Assembly (NCBI GenBank): GCA_947085205.1
Contig: CAMTVO010000035.1
Span: forward strand, 1-15,760
DNA from: an uncultured Nitrospiraceae bacterium
Lineage (GTDB): Bacteria > Nitrospirota > Thermodesulfovibrionia > Thermodesulfovibrionales > Dissulfurispiraceae
Direction: 5' to 3'
DNA length: 15,760 bases
Shown here one piece after another: positions 1 to 8,601 of the stretch. Made by a program: the position numbers and the translations under genes. Positions within the stretch are counted from its first letter, which is position 1. Every line of letters starts with the position of its first letter. A model generated the notes under the pieces. The model had not been told where the DNA came from. It worked only from the letters and a program-made list of their open reading frames with translations, and did no database searches.

Positions 1-818
1 GAATTGCAGAAACATGTAGGGCATACCTGTGTGCAGTTGCCGCATGCAAGGCACCTGCCGGCAACATCTGTCCATCGCGGATGTTCGAGATTTCTGTAAA
101 TGAGCCATGGCAGTTCGCTGACCTTGACGGATTTCTTTATCATCTTCTTGCAATCCTCGATTTTCGAAACTTTTTCACTCAAGTCTTTATCAGTAACTTC
201 ATTTAGCGGCAGACCATTGAGTATTTCTCTGCCTCTAACTGTCCCGATTTCCAGAAGGAATGAATCATCCAGTTCGGTAATGACTATATCGGAATCGGTT
301 TTTATCTCAGGCCCAGTGCCCATGGAACTGCAGAAACAATTATCATTGGGATATAAGCAATTAACGCCTATTACTAAACAGTTTCTTCTTAATGAATCGT
401 AACCCGAATCCCTCACAGGTCCTTCCAAAAATACTTTGTCAAGGAGCCTTAATGCAGATATGTCGCATGCCCTCATTCCGATAAATGCCATTGGCTTTTC
501 TTCTTTGTGCGAAAGAGTTACCGATACCCCCTTTTTTGATTTTTCAAATGTGAAGTTCTCTCTTAACGGAGGACTCAGAAAACGTTTAAAGGAATCAGGA
601 CCCACGGAGAATGAAAATGTGTTGAGGTCTCTGTCGCTGCTCAGCCTGTATGTACCACTTCCTTGCTGTTCTTTATTGCCGGCAGGAACATCCTGAAAGT
701 CTATTTCTGCAAGGACTATGACATTATTTTCAACCTTAGGGCCGATGATTATTTGGGATTTCTTTAGACTTTCAAAGACAAGTTTTAGGTGGTTTTTTTT
801 TGTCTTAGCCCTTGTCAT
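1..818 (-). CDS. 4Fe-4S dicluster protein, sulfhydrogenase beta (HydB)/AsrA-like subunit; 3' end runs off the window
   Basis: Manual minus-strand translation from ATG at 818 (GGGGGA SD at 826-831): MTRAKTKKNHLKLVFESLKKSQIIIGPKVENN...SVGPDSFKRFLSPP...FIGMRACDISALRLLDKVF...RCLACGNCTQVCPTCFCN. The RACD and CxxCGxCTxVCPTCFC motifs are typical of this family. The two ends are in the same frame. Confidence 0.85.
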   Translation of the reverse strand, partial: MTRAKTKKNHLKLVFESLKKSQIIIGPKVENNVIVLAEIDFQDVPAGNKEQQGSGTYRLSSDRDLNTFSFSVGPDSFKRFLSPPLRENFTFEKSKKGVSVTLSHKEEKPMAFIGMRACDISALRLLDKVFLEGPVRDSGYDSLRRNCLVIGVNCLYPNDNCFCSSMGTGPEIKTDSDIVITELDDSFLLEIGTVRGREILNGLPLNEVTDKDLSEKVSKIEDCKKMIKKSVKVSELPWLIYRNLEHPRWTDVAGRCLACGNCTQVCPTCFCN

Positions 819-834
819 TTCTATGTCCCCCAAA

Positions 835-864
835 TTGACAAAGCATTATTATTAAGTTTACACT
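835..864 (+). promoter_or_regulatory. sigma70-type promoter for tig-clpP-clpX
   Basis: TTGACA (835-840), 18-nt spacer, TACACT (859-864); SD GAGGAGG at 896-902. Confidence 0.6.
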
Positions 865-908
865 AAAAAGATTAAAAATCAAGCACTAATTTGCAGAGGA
901 GGAAAACA

Positions 909-2159
909 TTGTTAAAGTCACTGGAAGATATAGCGGCTACAAAAAAGCGGCTTAAAATAGAGGTTCCTGCAGAAGCCATAGAGGCCGAGATAAAAAGGGG
1001 CCTCAGCGAAGCGCAGAAAAGGGCAAGAATACCCGGCTTCAGGCCCGGCAAGGCCCCTATACATATAATAGAGAGGAAATTCGGCAAAGAAATAGAGGCA
1101 GATGTATTGGAGAAGATAATACCTGATTTTTATATCAAGGCAGTAAAGGAGGCAAATATAACTCCTATTTCGAGGCCTGTTGTGGAGGGGGCTTTTGATT
1201 TTAAAAGGAATGAGCCTCTTTCAATGACTGTATCTGTGGAAGTCAGGCCTAAAGTGGAGAACCTCAAGTATGAGGACATGACCGTTAAGGAAGTTCCGGT
1301 TGAAGTAAAGGACGAGGAAGTGGATACTGTCTTAAACAGACTTGCAGAAGAGAAGGCGACATACGAGTCGTCTGATGAGGCTGTAAATTCAGGAGACCTC
1401 GTAACCATTGACTATACTGTGAAGGATGCCGATAAAGATGATAATACGGCCGCAAATGATGTTGTCCTGAAGGTCGGAAGCGGCCCGTATCCTCAGGAAT
1501 TCTTTGCAGGACTTATCGGCAAGAAAAAAGGCGATGAATTTAGTATTGAGGCGAGCTTCCCTGAAGATTCCCAGACGCAGTTTGCAGGGAAAAGACCTAC
1601 TTTTGAGGTAAAGATTAAAGAAATAAAGAGGCGCAATCTCCCTGCCATCGATGATGAGTTTGCAAAGGATTTGGGTTTTGAAAATCTCGAATCATTGAAG
1701 TCTAAGGTAAAGGAGAATATGTTTGCATCCAAAAGCAGGGAGGCTGACAGGGCAAAACAGAGGGAGATACTCGATAAGCTTATCGAATCCCACGATTTCG
1801 AGGCGCCGGAAAGCCTTCTCAATGCACACATTGAAGGCTTTATAAGCGAGATAAGAGCATCCGGCGACCAGAGGACAGATGAGGAAATAAAAGGCGAATT
1901 AAAGCCGCATGCAGAAAAAAGCGTAAAGGCATCTATTCTGCTTGAGATCATAGGCGAGAAAGAAGGCATCACTATTTCTGACGAGGATGTGAAGGAAGAG
2001 ATACTTAATATTGCACAGAAGTATTACATCTCGCCGGAGAATGTAATTAAGTATTATACGTCGAGGGACGGCTCTATCGAGGGACTTAAGCAGTCTGTTT
2101 TTGAGAAGAAGGCACTAAACTTTCTTTTAAATAAAGCGAAAATAGAAAAAGGAGAATAG
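909..2159 (+). CDS. tig: Trigger factor
   Basis: GFRPGKAP ribosome-binding signature, FKBP-like middle domain, position upstream of clpP. Start moved from 891 to TTG at 909 because GAGGAGG lies 6 nt upstream of it. Confidence 0.95.
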   Translation: MLKSLEDIAATKKRLKIEVPAEAIEAEIKRGLSEAQKRARIPGFRPGKAPIHIIERKFGKEIEADVLEKIIPDFYIKAVKEANITPISRPVVEGAFDFKRNEPLSMTVSVEVRPKVENLKYEDMTVKEVPVEVKDEEVDTVLNRLAEEKATYESSDEAVNSGDLVTIDYTVKDADKDDNTAANDVVLKVGSGPYPQEFFAGLIGKKKGDEFSIEASFPEDSQTQFAGKRPTFEVKIKEIKRRNLPAIDDEFAKDLGFENLESLKSKVKENMFASKSREADRAKQREILDKLIESHDFEAPESLLNAHIEGFISEIRASGDQRTDEEIKGELKPHAEKSVKASILLEIIGEKEGITISDEDVKEEILNIAQKYYISPENVIKYYTSRDGSIEGLKQSVFEKKALNFLLNKAKIEKGE

Positions 2160-2163
2160 TTTT

Positions 2164-2766
2164 ATGAGCATAGTTCCTATTGTTATAGAGCAGACAGGCA
2201 GGACAGAGAGGGTTTATGATATATATTCGAGGCTTCTCAAAGACAGGATAATCTTTATCGGAACCCCCATAGACGACAATGTAGCGAATGTGGTCATCGC
2301 ACAGCTTCTATTTCTGCAGACCGAAGACTCTGACAAAGACATCCATATTTATATCAATTCTCCTGGAGGTGTTGTCTCGGCAGGCCTTGCAATATACGAC
2401 ACCATGCAGTATGTAAAGCCCGACATTGCGACATATTGCATAGGCCAGGCTGCGAGTATGGGCGCTCTTCTTTTAACGGCAGGGACAAAGGGCAAGAGGC
2501 TTGCGCTTCCGCATTCGCGTGTAATGATACACCAGCCGATAGGCGGTTTTTACGGCCAGGCGACTGATGTCGAGATTCATGCCAGAGAGATATTAAAGAC
2601 GAAGGAGACATTGAACGGAATTTTAGCAAGGCACACAGGACAGCCGCTGGAGAAGGTTCAGACAGACACAGAAAGGGACTTCTTCATGTCCGGCGGGGAT
2701 GCAAAGGACTACGGCATAGTGGACGATGTAATAGCCACGATAAAAGAGACGAAAAAGAAGAGTTAG
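2164..2766 (+). CDS. clpP: ATP-dependent Clp protease proteolytic subunit
   Basis: [21 protein letters not shown], catalytic Ser (AASMG), His (MIHQP) and Asp region (ERDFFM). Confidence 0.98.
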   Translation: MSIVPIVIEQTGRTERVYDIYSRLLKDRIIFIGTPIDDNVANVVIAQLLFLQTEDSDKDIHIYINSPGGVVSAGLAIYDTMQYVKPDIATYCIGQAASMGALLLTAGTKGKRLALPHSRVMIHQPIGGFYGQATDVEIHAREILKTKETLNGILARHTGQPLEKVQTDTERDFFMSGGDAKDYGIVDDVIATIKETKKKS

Positions 2767-2789
2767 AGAGTTAAGGAGTGAGGAGTTCA
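2758..2789 (+). repeat. GAGTT-family short tandem array overlapping the clpP stop
   Basis: aagagttag agagttaa ggagtga ggagttca. Confidence 0.6.
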
Positions 2790-2805
2790 ATGTTGGAGGT
2801 TTTTG

Positions 2806-4047
2806 ATGGCAAAGAAGACAAATGAAGGCACGCTCAGATGCTCTTTCTGCGGAAAGGGACAGGATGAGGTCAAAAAGCTGATTGCAGGCCCGATGGTTTA
2901 TATATGCGATGAATGCGTCGGTCTCTGCAATGAGATAATAGAGGAAGAATTCCATTCAACCGACAGGAAATCATCAAAGAAGCTTCCTACGCCTGTTGAG
3001 ATACATAAGTTCCTTGAGGATTATGTGATAGGACAGGAAAGGGCAATGAAGATTCTCTCGGTGGCTGTTCATAATCATTATAAAAGGATATTCAGCGGCT
3101 CTAAGACAGATGTAGAACTCCAGAAGAGCAATATATTGCTCGTAGGCCCGACAGGGACAGGGAAGACTCTTTTAGCACAGACACTTGCGAGATTTCTCGA
3201 TGTGCCTTTTACAATAGCGGACGCCACTACGCTCACAGAGGCAGGTTATGTGGGCGAAGACGTGGAGAATGTCCTGTTAAAGCTCCTTCAGGCAGCTGAT
3301 TACGATGTCGAAAAGGCGCAGATGGGAATAATATATATCGATGAAATCGATAAGATAAGCAGAAAGGCTGACAGCCCCTCAATAACAAGGGATGTTTCCG
3401 GAGAGGGTGTACAGCAGGCACTTTTGAAGATAATAGAAGGGACGATTGCAAATATCCCACCGCAGGGCGGCAGAAAACATCCCCAGCAGGAATACATACA
3501 GCTCAATACAAACAACATCCTCTTTATATGCGGCGGCGCTTTTGTCGGACTTGACAAGATAATCGAGCAGAGGATAGGCAAAAAGAGCATAGGCTTCGGT
3601 GCGGAATTTTTGAGCAGCAAGGAAAAGAAGATAAGCAATGTGCTGGGCCTCGTGGAGACAGGTGATTTGATGAAATACGGCCTTATCCCGGAATTTATCG
3701 GCAGGCTTCCTGTTGTGGCAACGCTTGATGAGCTTGATGAGGCTGCATTGATAAAGATATTGACAGAACCTAAGAATGCCCTGACAAAGCAGTATCAGAA
3801 ATTGCTTTCACTGGACAATGTCAAGCTGAAATTTACAGACAGCGCATTAACTGCTATAGCTAAAAAGGCGATAAAAAGGAAGGCAGGCGCAAGAGGGCTG
3901 AGGGCTATACTTGAAGATGTGATGCTCGACGTCATGTACGAGATACCATCCAGAGGCGGGGTATCTGAATGCATAGTCAATGAAGATGCCATTACAAAGA
4001 AAGAGAAGCCGATAATAGTTTACGAAAAGCAGGCAGAATCAGCGTAA
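2806..4047 (+). CDS. clpX: ATP-dependent Clp protease ATP-binding subunit
   Basis: C4 zinc finger (CSFC...CDEC), Walker A GPTGTGKT, Walker [12 protein letters not shown] and IGF loops. ATG at 2806 preferred (GGAGG at 2795-2799). Confidence 0.98.
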   Translation: MAKKTNEGTLRCSFCGKGQDEVKKLIAGPMVYICDECVGLCNEIIEEEFHSTDRKSSKKLPTPVEIHKFLEDYVIGQERAMKILSVAVHNHYKRIFSGSKTDVELQKSNILLVGPTGTGKTLLAQTLARFLDVPFTIADATTLTEAGYVGEDVENVLLKLLQAADYDVEKAQMGIIYIDEIDKISRKADSPSITRDVSGEGVQQALLKIIEGTIANIPPQGGRKHPQQEYIQLNTNNILFICGGAFVGLDKIIEQRIGKKSIGFGAEFLSSKEKKISNVLGLVETGDLMKYGLIPEFIGRLPVVATLDELDEAALIKILTEPKNALTKQYQKLLSLDNVKLKFTDSALTAIAKKAIKRKAGARGLRAILEDVMLDVMYEIPSRGGVSECIVNEDAITKKEKPIIVYEKQAESA

Positions 4048-4050
4048 TCC

Positions 4051-4071
4051 TGAACTCTTAACTCTGAACTC
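4051..4071 (-). repeat. Three heptamer units (GAGTTCA GAGTTAA GAGTTCA) overlapping the dciA-like stop
   Basis: Plus strand reads tgaactc ttaactc tgaactc. Confidence 0.7.
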
Positions 4072-4354
4072 TTTTCTTATAGACCCTGCCGTGTTTAAAC
4101 CTTACTTCTTTAATGTTATAGACATGAAGTTTTTTAATTATATCCTGCTTGAAGAACTTCAACTGCCCGAGCCATGCAGGTGAATCAACATTTATGGTTA
4201 ATTCTCCATTTTTTATGTCCACAGGATAGATATGGAGGGAAAGGGGTTCGTTAAAGAGGTTGTGCCACTCCTCTTGCATTGAGCTTAACCTGATTTTGTC
4301 CTCAATGCCGAGGTCTTTGAAGATAGAAGATAGGAGTGAGCCGACTGATTTCAT
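4058..4354 (-). CDS. DUF721 / DciA-family protein (replicative helicase loader-like)
   Basis: 98 aa with the family pattern W..L....LS.H..P..I.NG.L.I.VDSPAW..QL.F.K..I..KL. Confidence 0.8.
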   Translation of the reverse strand: MKSVGSLLSSIFKDLGIEDKIRLSSMQEEWHNLFNEPLSLHIYPVDIKNGELTINVDSPAWLGQLKFFKQDIIKKLHVYNIKEVRFKHGRVYKKRVQS

Positions 4355-4356
4355 AA

Positions 4357-4445
4357 AAGTTTAAGAGTTAAGAGTTGAAGTAAATAAAAAAATAATTGTA
4401 TTGACTCCACAACTCAACACTCCGTAACTCCACAACCTTATAACT
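4357..4445. repeat. Inverted pair of GAGTT/AACTC short-repeat arrays between rpmB and the dciA-like gene
   Basis: Left arm aagtttaa gagttaa gagttga; AT-rich spacer; right arm ttgactccac aactcaac actccgt aactccac aacctt ataact. Confidence 0.7.
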
Positions 4446-4634
4446 CTATGCTGCCTTTACCACTTTCTTAGAGCGGATGCATCTCGTGCAGACGTATGCC
4501 TTCTTTGTTCCGCCCCCTGTTACGATTCTGATTCTCTGTATGTTGGGCATTAAGACGCGTTTTGTTTTGTTATTTGCGTGGCTTACATTATTGCCAACTG
4601 TCTTTTTCTTTCCGCAAACAGAACAGCTTGCCAT
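4446..4634 (-). CDS. rpmB: 50S ribosomal protein L28 (zinc-binding C+ form)
   Basis: [25 protein letters not shown]...CTRC; strong SD AAGGAGG upstream. Confidence 0.97.
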   Translation of the reverse strand: MASCSVCGKKKTVGNNVSHANNKTKRVLMPNIQRIRIVTGGGTKKAYVCTRCIRSKKVVKAA

Positions 4635-4690
4635 AAGACCTTCCTCCTTGTGATAACCCCCTAATTCCTCAGGGGTAATTTTTTCTTAAA

Positions 4691-4720
4691 TTGCATAAAA
4701 AAAGTCTTTTATGATAACAT
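4691..4720 (+). promoter_or_regulatory. Putative sigma70 promoter for infB
   Basis: TTGCAT (4691-4696), 18 nt, extended -10 TGaTAACAT (4712-4720); SD GGAGGT at 4755-4760. Confidence 0.4.
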
Positions 4721-4770
4721 TTTAAGAATAATGTTACAAGTGGTTACTTTTATCGGAGGTTAAACAATAG

Positions 4771-7206
4771 ATGTCTGACAAGGAAATAAAAAGCGCAGAG
4801 CTTGCTAAGGAATTAGGAGTAAAGGCTACAGATGTTGTAAAGGAACTCGGAAAGCTGAGGGACGCCGAGTATAAAAAAGGCACAACAAACGTTAAGCTCA
4901 GCGCTGGGGAAGCTGAGAAGATACGCGAGAGATTCAAGCCTGCAAAGGTTTCGAAGCCGAAAGAGAAGCCCTTGCCGGTTAAAGAGGCAAAGGCAGCGGG
5001 GAAAGTCGAAAAACCTGCAAAAGTCGAAAAAGCTGAGCAGATTGCAAAAGTAGAGAAGTTAGAGAAAATAGAGAGAATCGAAAAGGTCGAAAAGGCCGGG
5101 AAGATAGAGAAAAGACCGGAGCATGCGGCTCCTGCTGTAAAGAAAGAAGCTGAAAGGGAAGCTGAAAAAAAAGAACCGGAAATAAGCATGCCTGAAGAGA
5201 CAGCGGAGGCAGTCGCACAGCTTATCGCTGTTCCTGAAGAGGAAGAAGAGATAAAGATACCGGACAGGTTCAAAAAGGAAGTAGAGGTTGAGAAGGTAGA
5301 GAAGTTTAAGGCAAAGCCAGGAATGCAGAAGGCATTTCAGGCAATCAGAAAGATAGAGCCTAAGAAGTGGGCGGAACAAAAAACGTTCAAGAAATCAAAA
5401 GACAGATTCAAAAAGGCCGAGCCCGCAGCTCCTCCTCAGATAACGGCGCCGAGAAAGAAATCCATAAAACTCGAAGAGGGAACAACAGTAAAGGAATTTG
5501 CGGAATTAATCGGACATAAAATTCCGGATGTTATCAAGAAATTCATGGAAATGGGATATATGTCTACCGTGAATCAGCCTGTGGATATGGATGCTGCAAT
5601 GCTTGTGGCAGAGAGCTTTGGCGTAAAAGTAGAGGCAGTAACCGCAGAGCGGATAGATGTTATAGAGGAGATGGTAGAAGACGCTGCCAGCCTCGTTCCG
5701 AGGCCTCCTGTCGTGACTATCATGGGGCATGTCGACCACGGAAAGACCTCGCTGCTTGACGCGATAAGGGAGACAAAGGTAACAGAGACAGAGGCAGGCG
5801 GAATTACGCAGCATATCGGCGCATATAATGTCTCGCTTCAAGGCAAAAATATAACATTCCTTGATACCCCAGGGCACGAGGCATTTACAGCGCTTAGAGC
5901 GAGGGGCGCAAAGGTTACGGACATTGTTGTTCTTGTCGTCGCTGCGGATGATGGAGTCATGCCGCAGACCGTCGAGGCGATAGACCATTCAAAGGCGGCA
6001 AATGTGCCTATTGTCGTTGCTATCAACAAGATAGACAAGCCGGAAGCAAATCCGTCGAGGGTCAAGAATGAGCTTGCAGAACGCGGAGTCGTATCAGAGG
6101 AGTGGGGCGGCCAGAATATCTTTGTTGAGGTTTCTGCAAAAAAGAGAATAGGCATAGAGCGCCTGCTTGAGATGATACTTCTTCAGGCAGAGATGATGGA
6201 GTTAAAAGCAAATCCAAACAGGTCTGCAAAGGGAACAATTATCGAGGCAAAACTCGACAGAGGAAGAGGGCCTGTGGCTACAGTGCTTATCCAAACAGGC
6301 ACGCTGCGTGGTGGAGATGCCTTTGTTGCCGGCTCCGCATCGGGTAAGGTAAGGGCATTAATAGACGATACAGGGAAAAAGATAAACGAGGCAGGGCCGT
6401 CAATACCTGTTGAGATTATCGGCTTCTCGGAAGTTCCGACTTCAGGAGATGTTTTCACTTGCGTAGAGGACGAAAAGAAAGCAAGGCAGATAGCGCTCGC
6501 AAGGCTCCAAAAACAGAGGCTTGCAGAGGTCGTAAGCCACAAAAAGCTTACCCTCGATGAGTTGTATTCAAAGATAAAGGAAGGGCAGATTAAGGAACTT
6601 GGTATTGTTATAAAAGGCGATGTACAGGGCTCTGTAGAAGCCATCAAGAGCGCGTTTGAAGGCATTACACATCCTGAGGTAAAGGTGAGGGTTATCCATG
6701 CCGCCGTAGGTGGAATAAACGAATCTGATGTAATGCTTGCTGCGGCATCCAACGCAATCATAATCGGGTTTAATGTAAGGCCTGAACTCAAGGCATCGCA
6801 TCTTGCAGAAAAGGAAGGCGTAGACATAAGGCTGTATAATATAATTTATGAAGCTATTGAGGATGTTAAGAAGGCGCTTGAAGGACTTCTGGAGCCTACG
6901 CTTAAAGAAAAGGTCTTGGGAAGGGCGGAGGTAAGGCAAACATTCCAAGTGTCAAGGCTCGGCACTATTGCAGGTTGTTATGTGATAGACGGCATGATAA
7001 GCCGTGCGAGCGACGGCATAAGGGTTATAAGAGACAACATAGTAGTCTATGAGGGAAAGCTTGCGTCATTAAAGAGGTTTAGAGAAGATATCAGGGATGT
7101 TCAGACGGGTTACGAATGCGGTATCACGATAGAGAACTTCAACGACCTCAAGATCGGAGATATTTTAGAAAACTACATTATAGAGAAGATAGCAGCGAAA
7201 CTGTAA
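4771..7206 (+). CDS. infB: Translation initiation factor IF-2
   Basis: N-terminal ELAKELGV motif, second IF2_N domain (TVKEFAE), G motifs [13 protein letters not shown] and NKID, and C-terminal SLKRFREDI...GYECGI. Confidence 0.98.
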   Translation: MSDKEIKSAELAKELGVKATDVVKELGKLRDAEYKKGTTNVKLSAGEAEKIRERFKPAKVSKPKEKPLPVKEAKAAGKVEKPAKVEKAEQIAKVEKLEKIERIEKVEKAGKIEKRPEHAAPAVKKEAEREAEKKEPEISMPEETAEAVAQLIAVPEEEEEIKIPDRFKKEVEVEKVEKFKAKPGMQKAFQAIRKIEPKKWAEQKTFKKSKDRFKKAEPAAPPQITAPRKKSIKLEEGTTVKEFAELIGHKIPDVIKKFMEMGYMSTVNQPVDMDAAMLVAESFGVKVEAVTAERIDVIEEMVEDAASLVPRPPVVTIMGHVDHGKTSLLDAIRETKVTETEAGGITQHIGAYNVSLQGKNITFLDTPGHEAFTALRARGAKVTDIVVLVVAADDGVMPQTVEAIDHSKAANVPIVVAINKIDKPEANPSRVKNELAERGVVSEEWGGQNIFVEVSAKKRIGIERLLEMILLQAEMMELKANPNRSAKGTIIEAKLDRGRGPVATVLIQTGTLRGGDAFVAGSASGKVRALIDDTGKKINEAGPSIPVEIIGFSEVPTSGDVFTCVEDEKKARQIALARLQKQRLAEVVSHKKLTLDELYSKIKEGQIKELGIVIKGDVQGSVEAIKSAFEGITHPEVKVRVIHAAVGGINESDVMLAAASNAIIIGFNVRPELKASHLAEKEGVDIRLYNIIYEAIEDVKKALEGLLEPTLKEKVLGRAEVRQTFQVSRLGTIAGCYVIDGMISRASDGIRVIRDNIVVYEGKLASLKRFREDIRDVQTGYECGITIENFNDLKIGDILENYIIEKIAAKL
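4999..5115 (+). repeat. 13 degenerate 9-bp units encoding an (E/A/G)-K-x tripeptide repeat in the IF-2 linker
   Basis: [39 protein letters not shown]. Confidence 0.7.
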
Positions 7207-7268
7207 AAGAGTTTAGGAGTTAGGGAGTGTATTCCTAAACTCTTAACTCCGCAACTCTTTAACTCTTT
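7207..7268. repeat. GAGTT/AACTC inverted array (hairpin) between infB and rbfA
   Basis: Perfect 12-bp inverted repeat AAGAGTTTAGGA (7207-7218) / TCCTAAACTCTT (7233-7244), followed by aactccgc aactcttt aactcttt. Confidence 0.8.
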
Positions 7269-7271
7269 AAC

Positions 7272-7619
7272 ATGCATCCATACAAAAGATCACAGAGACT
7301 AAGCATCCTCCTCAGGGAAGAGATTGCCGATATAATCATGCGAAAGATTAAAGATCCACGCATCGGATTTGTTACCGTTACCGACGTGGAGCTTTCCGAA
7401 GACCTGAAGATTGCGCATGTGTTCGTAAGCGTGATGAATGAGGAAGAAAAAGAGATTACCCTTGAAATACTGAATTCGGCAAAAGGGCTTATACGCAGCG
7501 AGGTGTCAAAGAGGGTAAGGACAAAATTCATTCCTACCATTGATTTCAGAATCGACAAGTCCATAGATCACGGCGATAGGATAGACAGGTTGCTGAGGGA
7601 GATAAAAGAGAAAAAGTGA
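7272..7619 (+). CDS. rbfA: Ribosome-binding factor A
   Basis: IKDPRIGFVTVTDVELSEDLKIAHVFVS and P.I.F..D.SI..G.RI..LL; directly follows infB. Confidence 0.96.
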   Translation: MHPYKRSQRLSILLREEIADIIMRKIKDPRIGFVTVTDVELSEDLKIAHVFVSVMNEEEKEITLEILNSAKGLIRSEVSKRVRTKFIPTIDFRIDKSIDHGDRIDRLLREIKEKK

Positions 7620-7620
7620 T

Positions 7621-8598
7621 ATGCTGCCACCAAAAGAATTACTTGACTTCCTGAGGAATGAAGATGGGTTTATTATCGCCACCCATATGAATCCCGACGG
7701 GGACGGCTTGGGGTCGGCAATCGCACTGTCATTGGCGTTTCAGAAACTCGGTAAAAATACAGTCCTTCTCTGCAAAGACGAAGTTCCCCAACAGTATAAA
7801 TTTCTTCCCGGACAAGAAAAGTTTATCACTTTTGGAAGCTTTCAGCCGTCAGCCATCAGTCTTCAGCCTTATAATTTAATTCTCATAGACTGTAATGACA
7901 TCGACAGAGTCGTTACTGATAAATCCCAAGTCTCGCATCTGAAATTCGATAAATCAGTCGTCATAGACCATCATGAATCCGAAAGGCCTTTCGGCGATAT
8001 AAGATGGGTTATGCCCGATGCAGCAGCCACAGGGATTATGATTTTCCATCTTATAGGAGGGTTGGGAGCAGCAATTGACCGCGATATGGCGGTGAATCTA
8101 TATGCGGCAGTAGCAGTTGACACAGGCAATTTCCGCTACGAAAATACCTCACCGGAAGTTATGCATATTGCGGCAGACTTAATTGAAGCAGGGGCAATGC
8201 CGCATGTTATTTACAGGGAGCTTTTCGAGTCTTGGGCTGAAGGCCGTTTCGACCTCTTTATTAAGGTTCTTAATACATTGCAGATGGAAGACCGCGTTGC
8301 GGTTCTGAGAGTTACCAGAAATATGCTTGAGGAGACATCCACGGCTGCCGACGATACAGAACATTTTGTCAATTTTCCGAGGATTATGAAGGATGTGAAG
8401 GTGTCTGTTCTTTTTAGGGAGATTGACGACAGTTATTATAAAATCAGTCTGAGGTCAAAGGACGATATAAATGTCGCCAAGGTTGCAGAGGCATTCGGAG
8501 GCGGCGGTCATAAAAACGCTGCAGGCTGCAGGATAAAGGCCGATTTTGAGACAGCGAAATTACAGTTATTGAGTTTATTGCGTTCATTGAGTTTGTAG
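7621..8598 (+). CDS. nrnA: DHH/DHHA1 phosphoesterase (NrnA-like oligoribonuclease/pAp phosphatase)
   Basis: THMNPDGDGLGS, IDC, IDHH, DTGNF, SLRS and GGGGHKNAAG motifs; usual position after rbfA. Confidence 0.88.
   Translation: MLPPKELLDFLRNEDGFIIATHMNPDGDGLGSAIALSLAFQKLGKNTVLLCKDEVPQQYKFLPGQEKFITFGSFQPSAISLQPYNLILIDCNDIDRVVTDKSQVSHLKFDKSVVIDHHESERPFGDIRWVMPDAAATGIMIFHLIGGLGAAIDRDMAVNLYAAVAVDTGNFRYENTSPEVMHIAADLIEAGAMPHVIYRELFESWAEGRFDLFIKVLNTLQMEDRVAVLRVTRNMLEETSTAADDTEHFVNFPRIMKDVKVSVLFREIDDSYYKISLRSKDDINVAKVAEAFGGGGHKNAAGCRIKADFETAKLQLLSLLRSLSL
7837..7871 (+). repeat. Five heptamer units inside the DHH gene
   Basis: agctttc agccgtc agccatc agtcttc agcctta. Confidence 0.7.
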
Positions 8599-8601
8599 GG
8601 T
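8566..8601 (+). repeat. Four nonamer units forming the DHH gene C-terminus and stop
   Basis: ttattgagt ttattgcgt tcattgagt ttgtagggt. Confidence 0.65.

Noticed and set aside
100..696. Plus-strand ORFs 100-402 and 436-696
   Set aside because: Antisense shadows of the minus-strand Fe-S gene; no recognisable motifs.
819..908. Possible tRNA upstream of tig
   Set aside because: The gap is 90 bp and AT-rich, with no cloverleaf or T-loop motif.
4357..4445. Repeat arrays as a CRISPR or mini-CRISPR
   Set aside because: Units are 7-9 bp and tandem, with no unique spacers and no cas genes.
4653..4679. Hairpin ACCCC...GGGGT in the rpmB leader as an autoregulatory RNA
   Set aside because: The stem is short and imperfect; it cannot be supported without comparative data.
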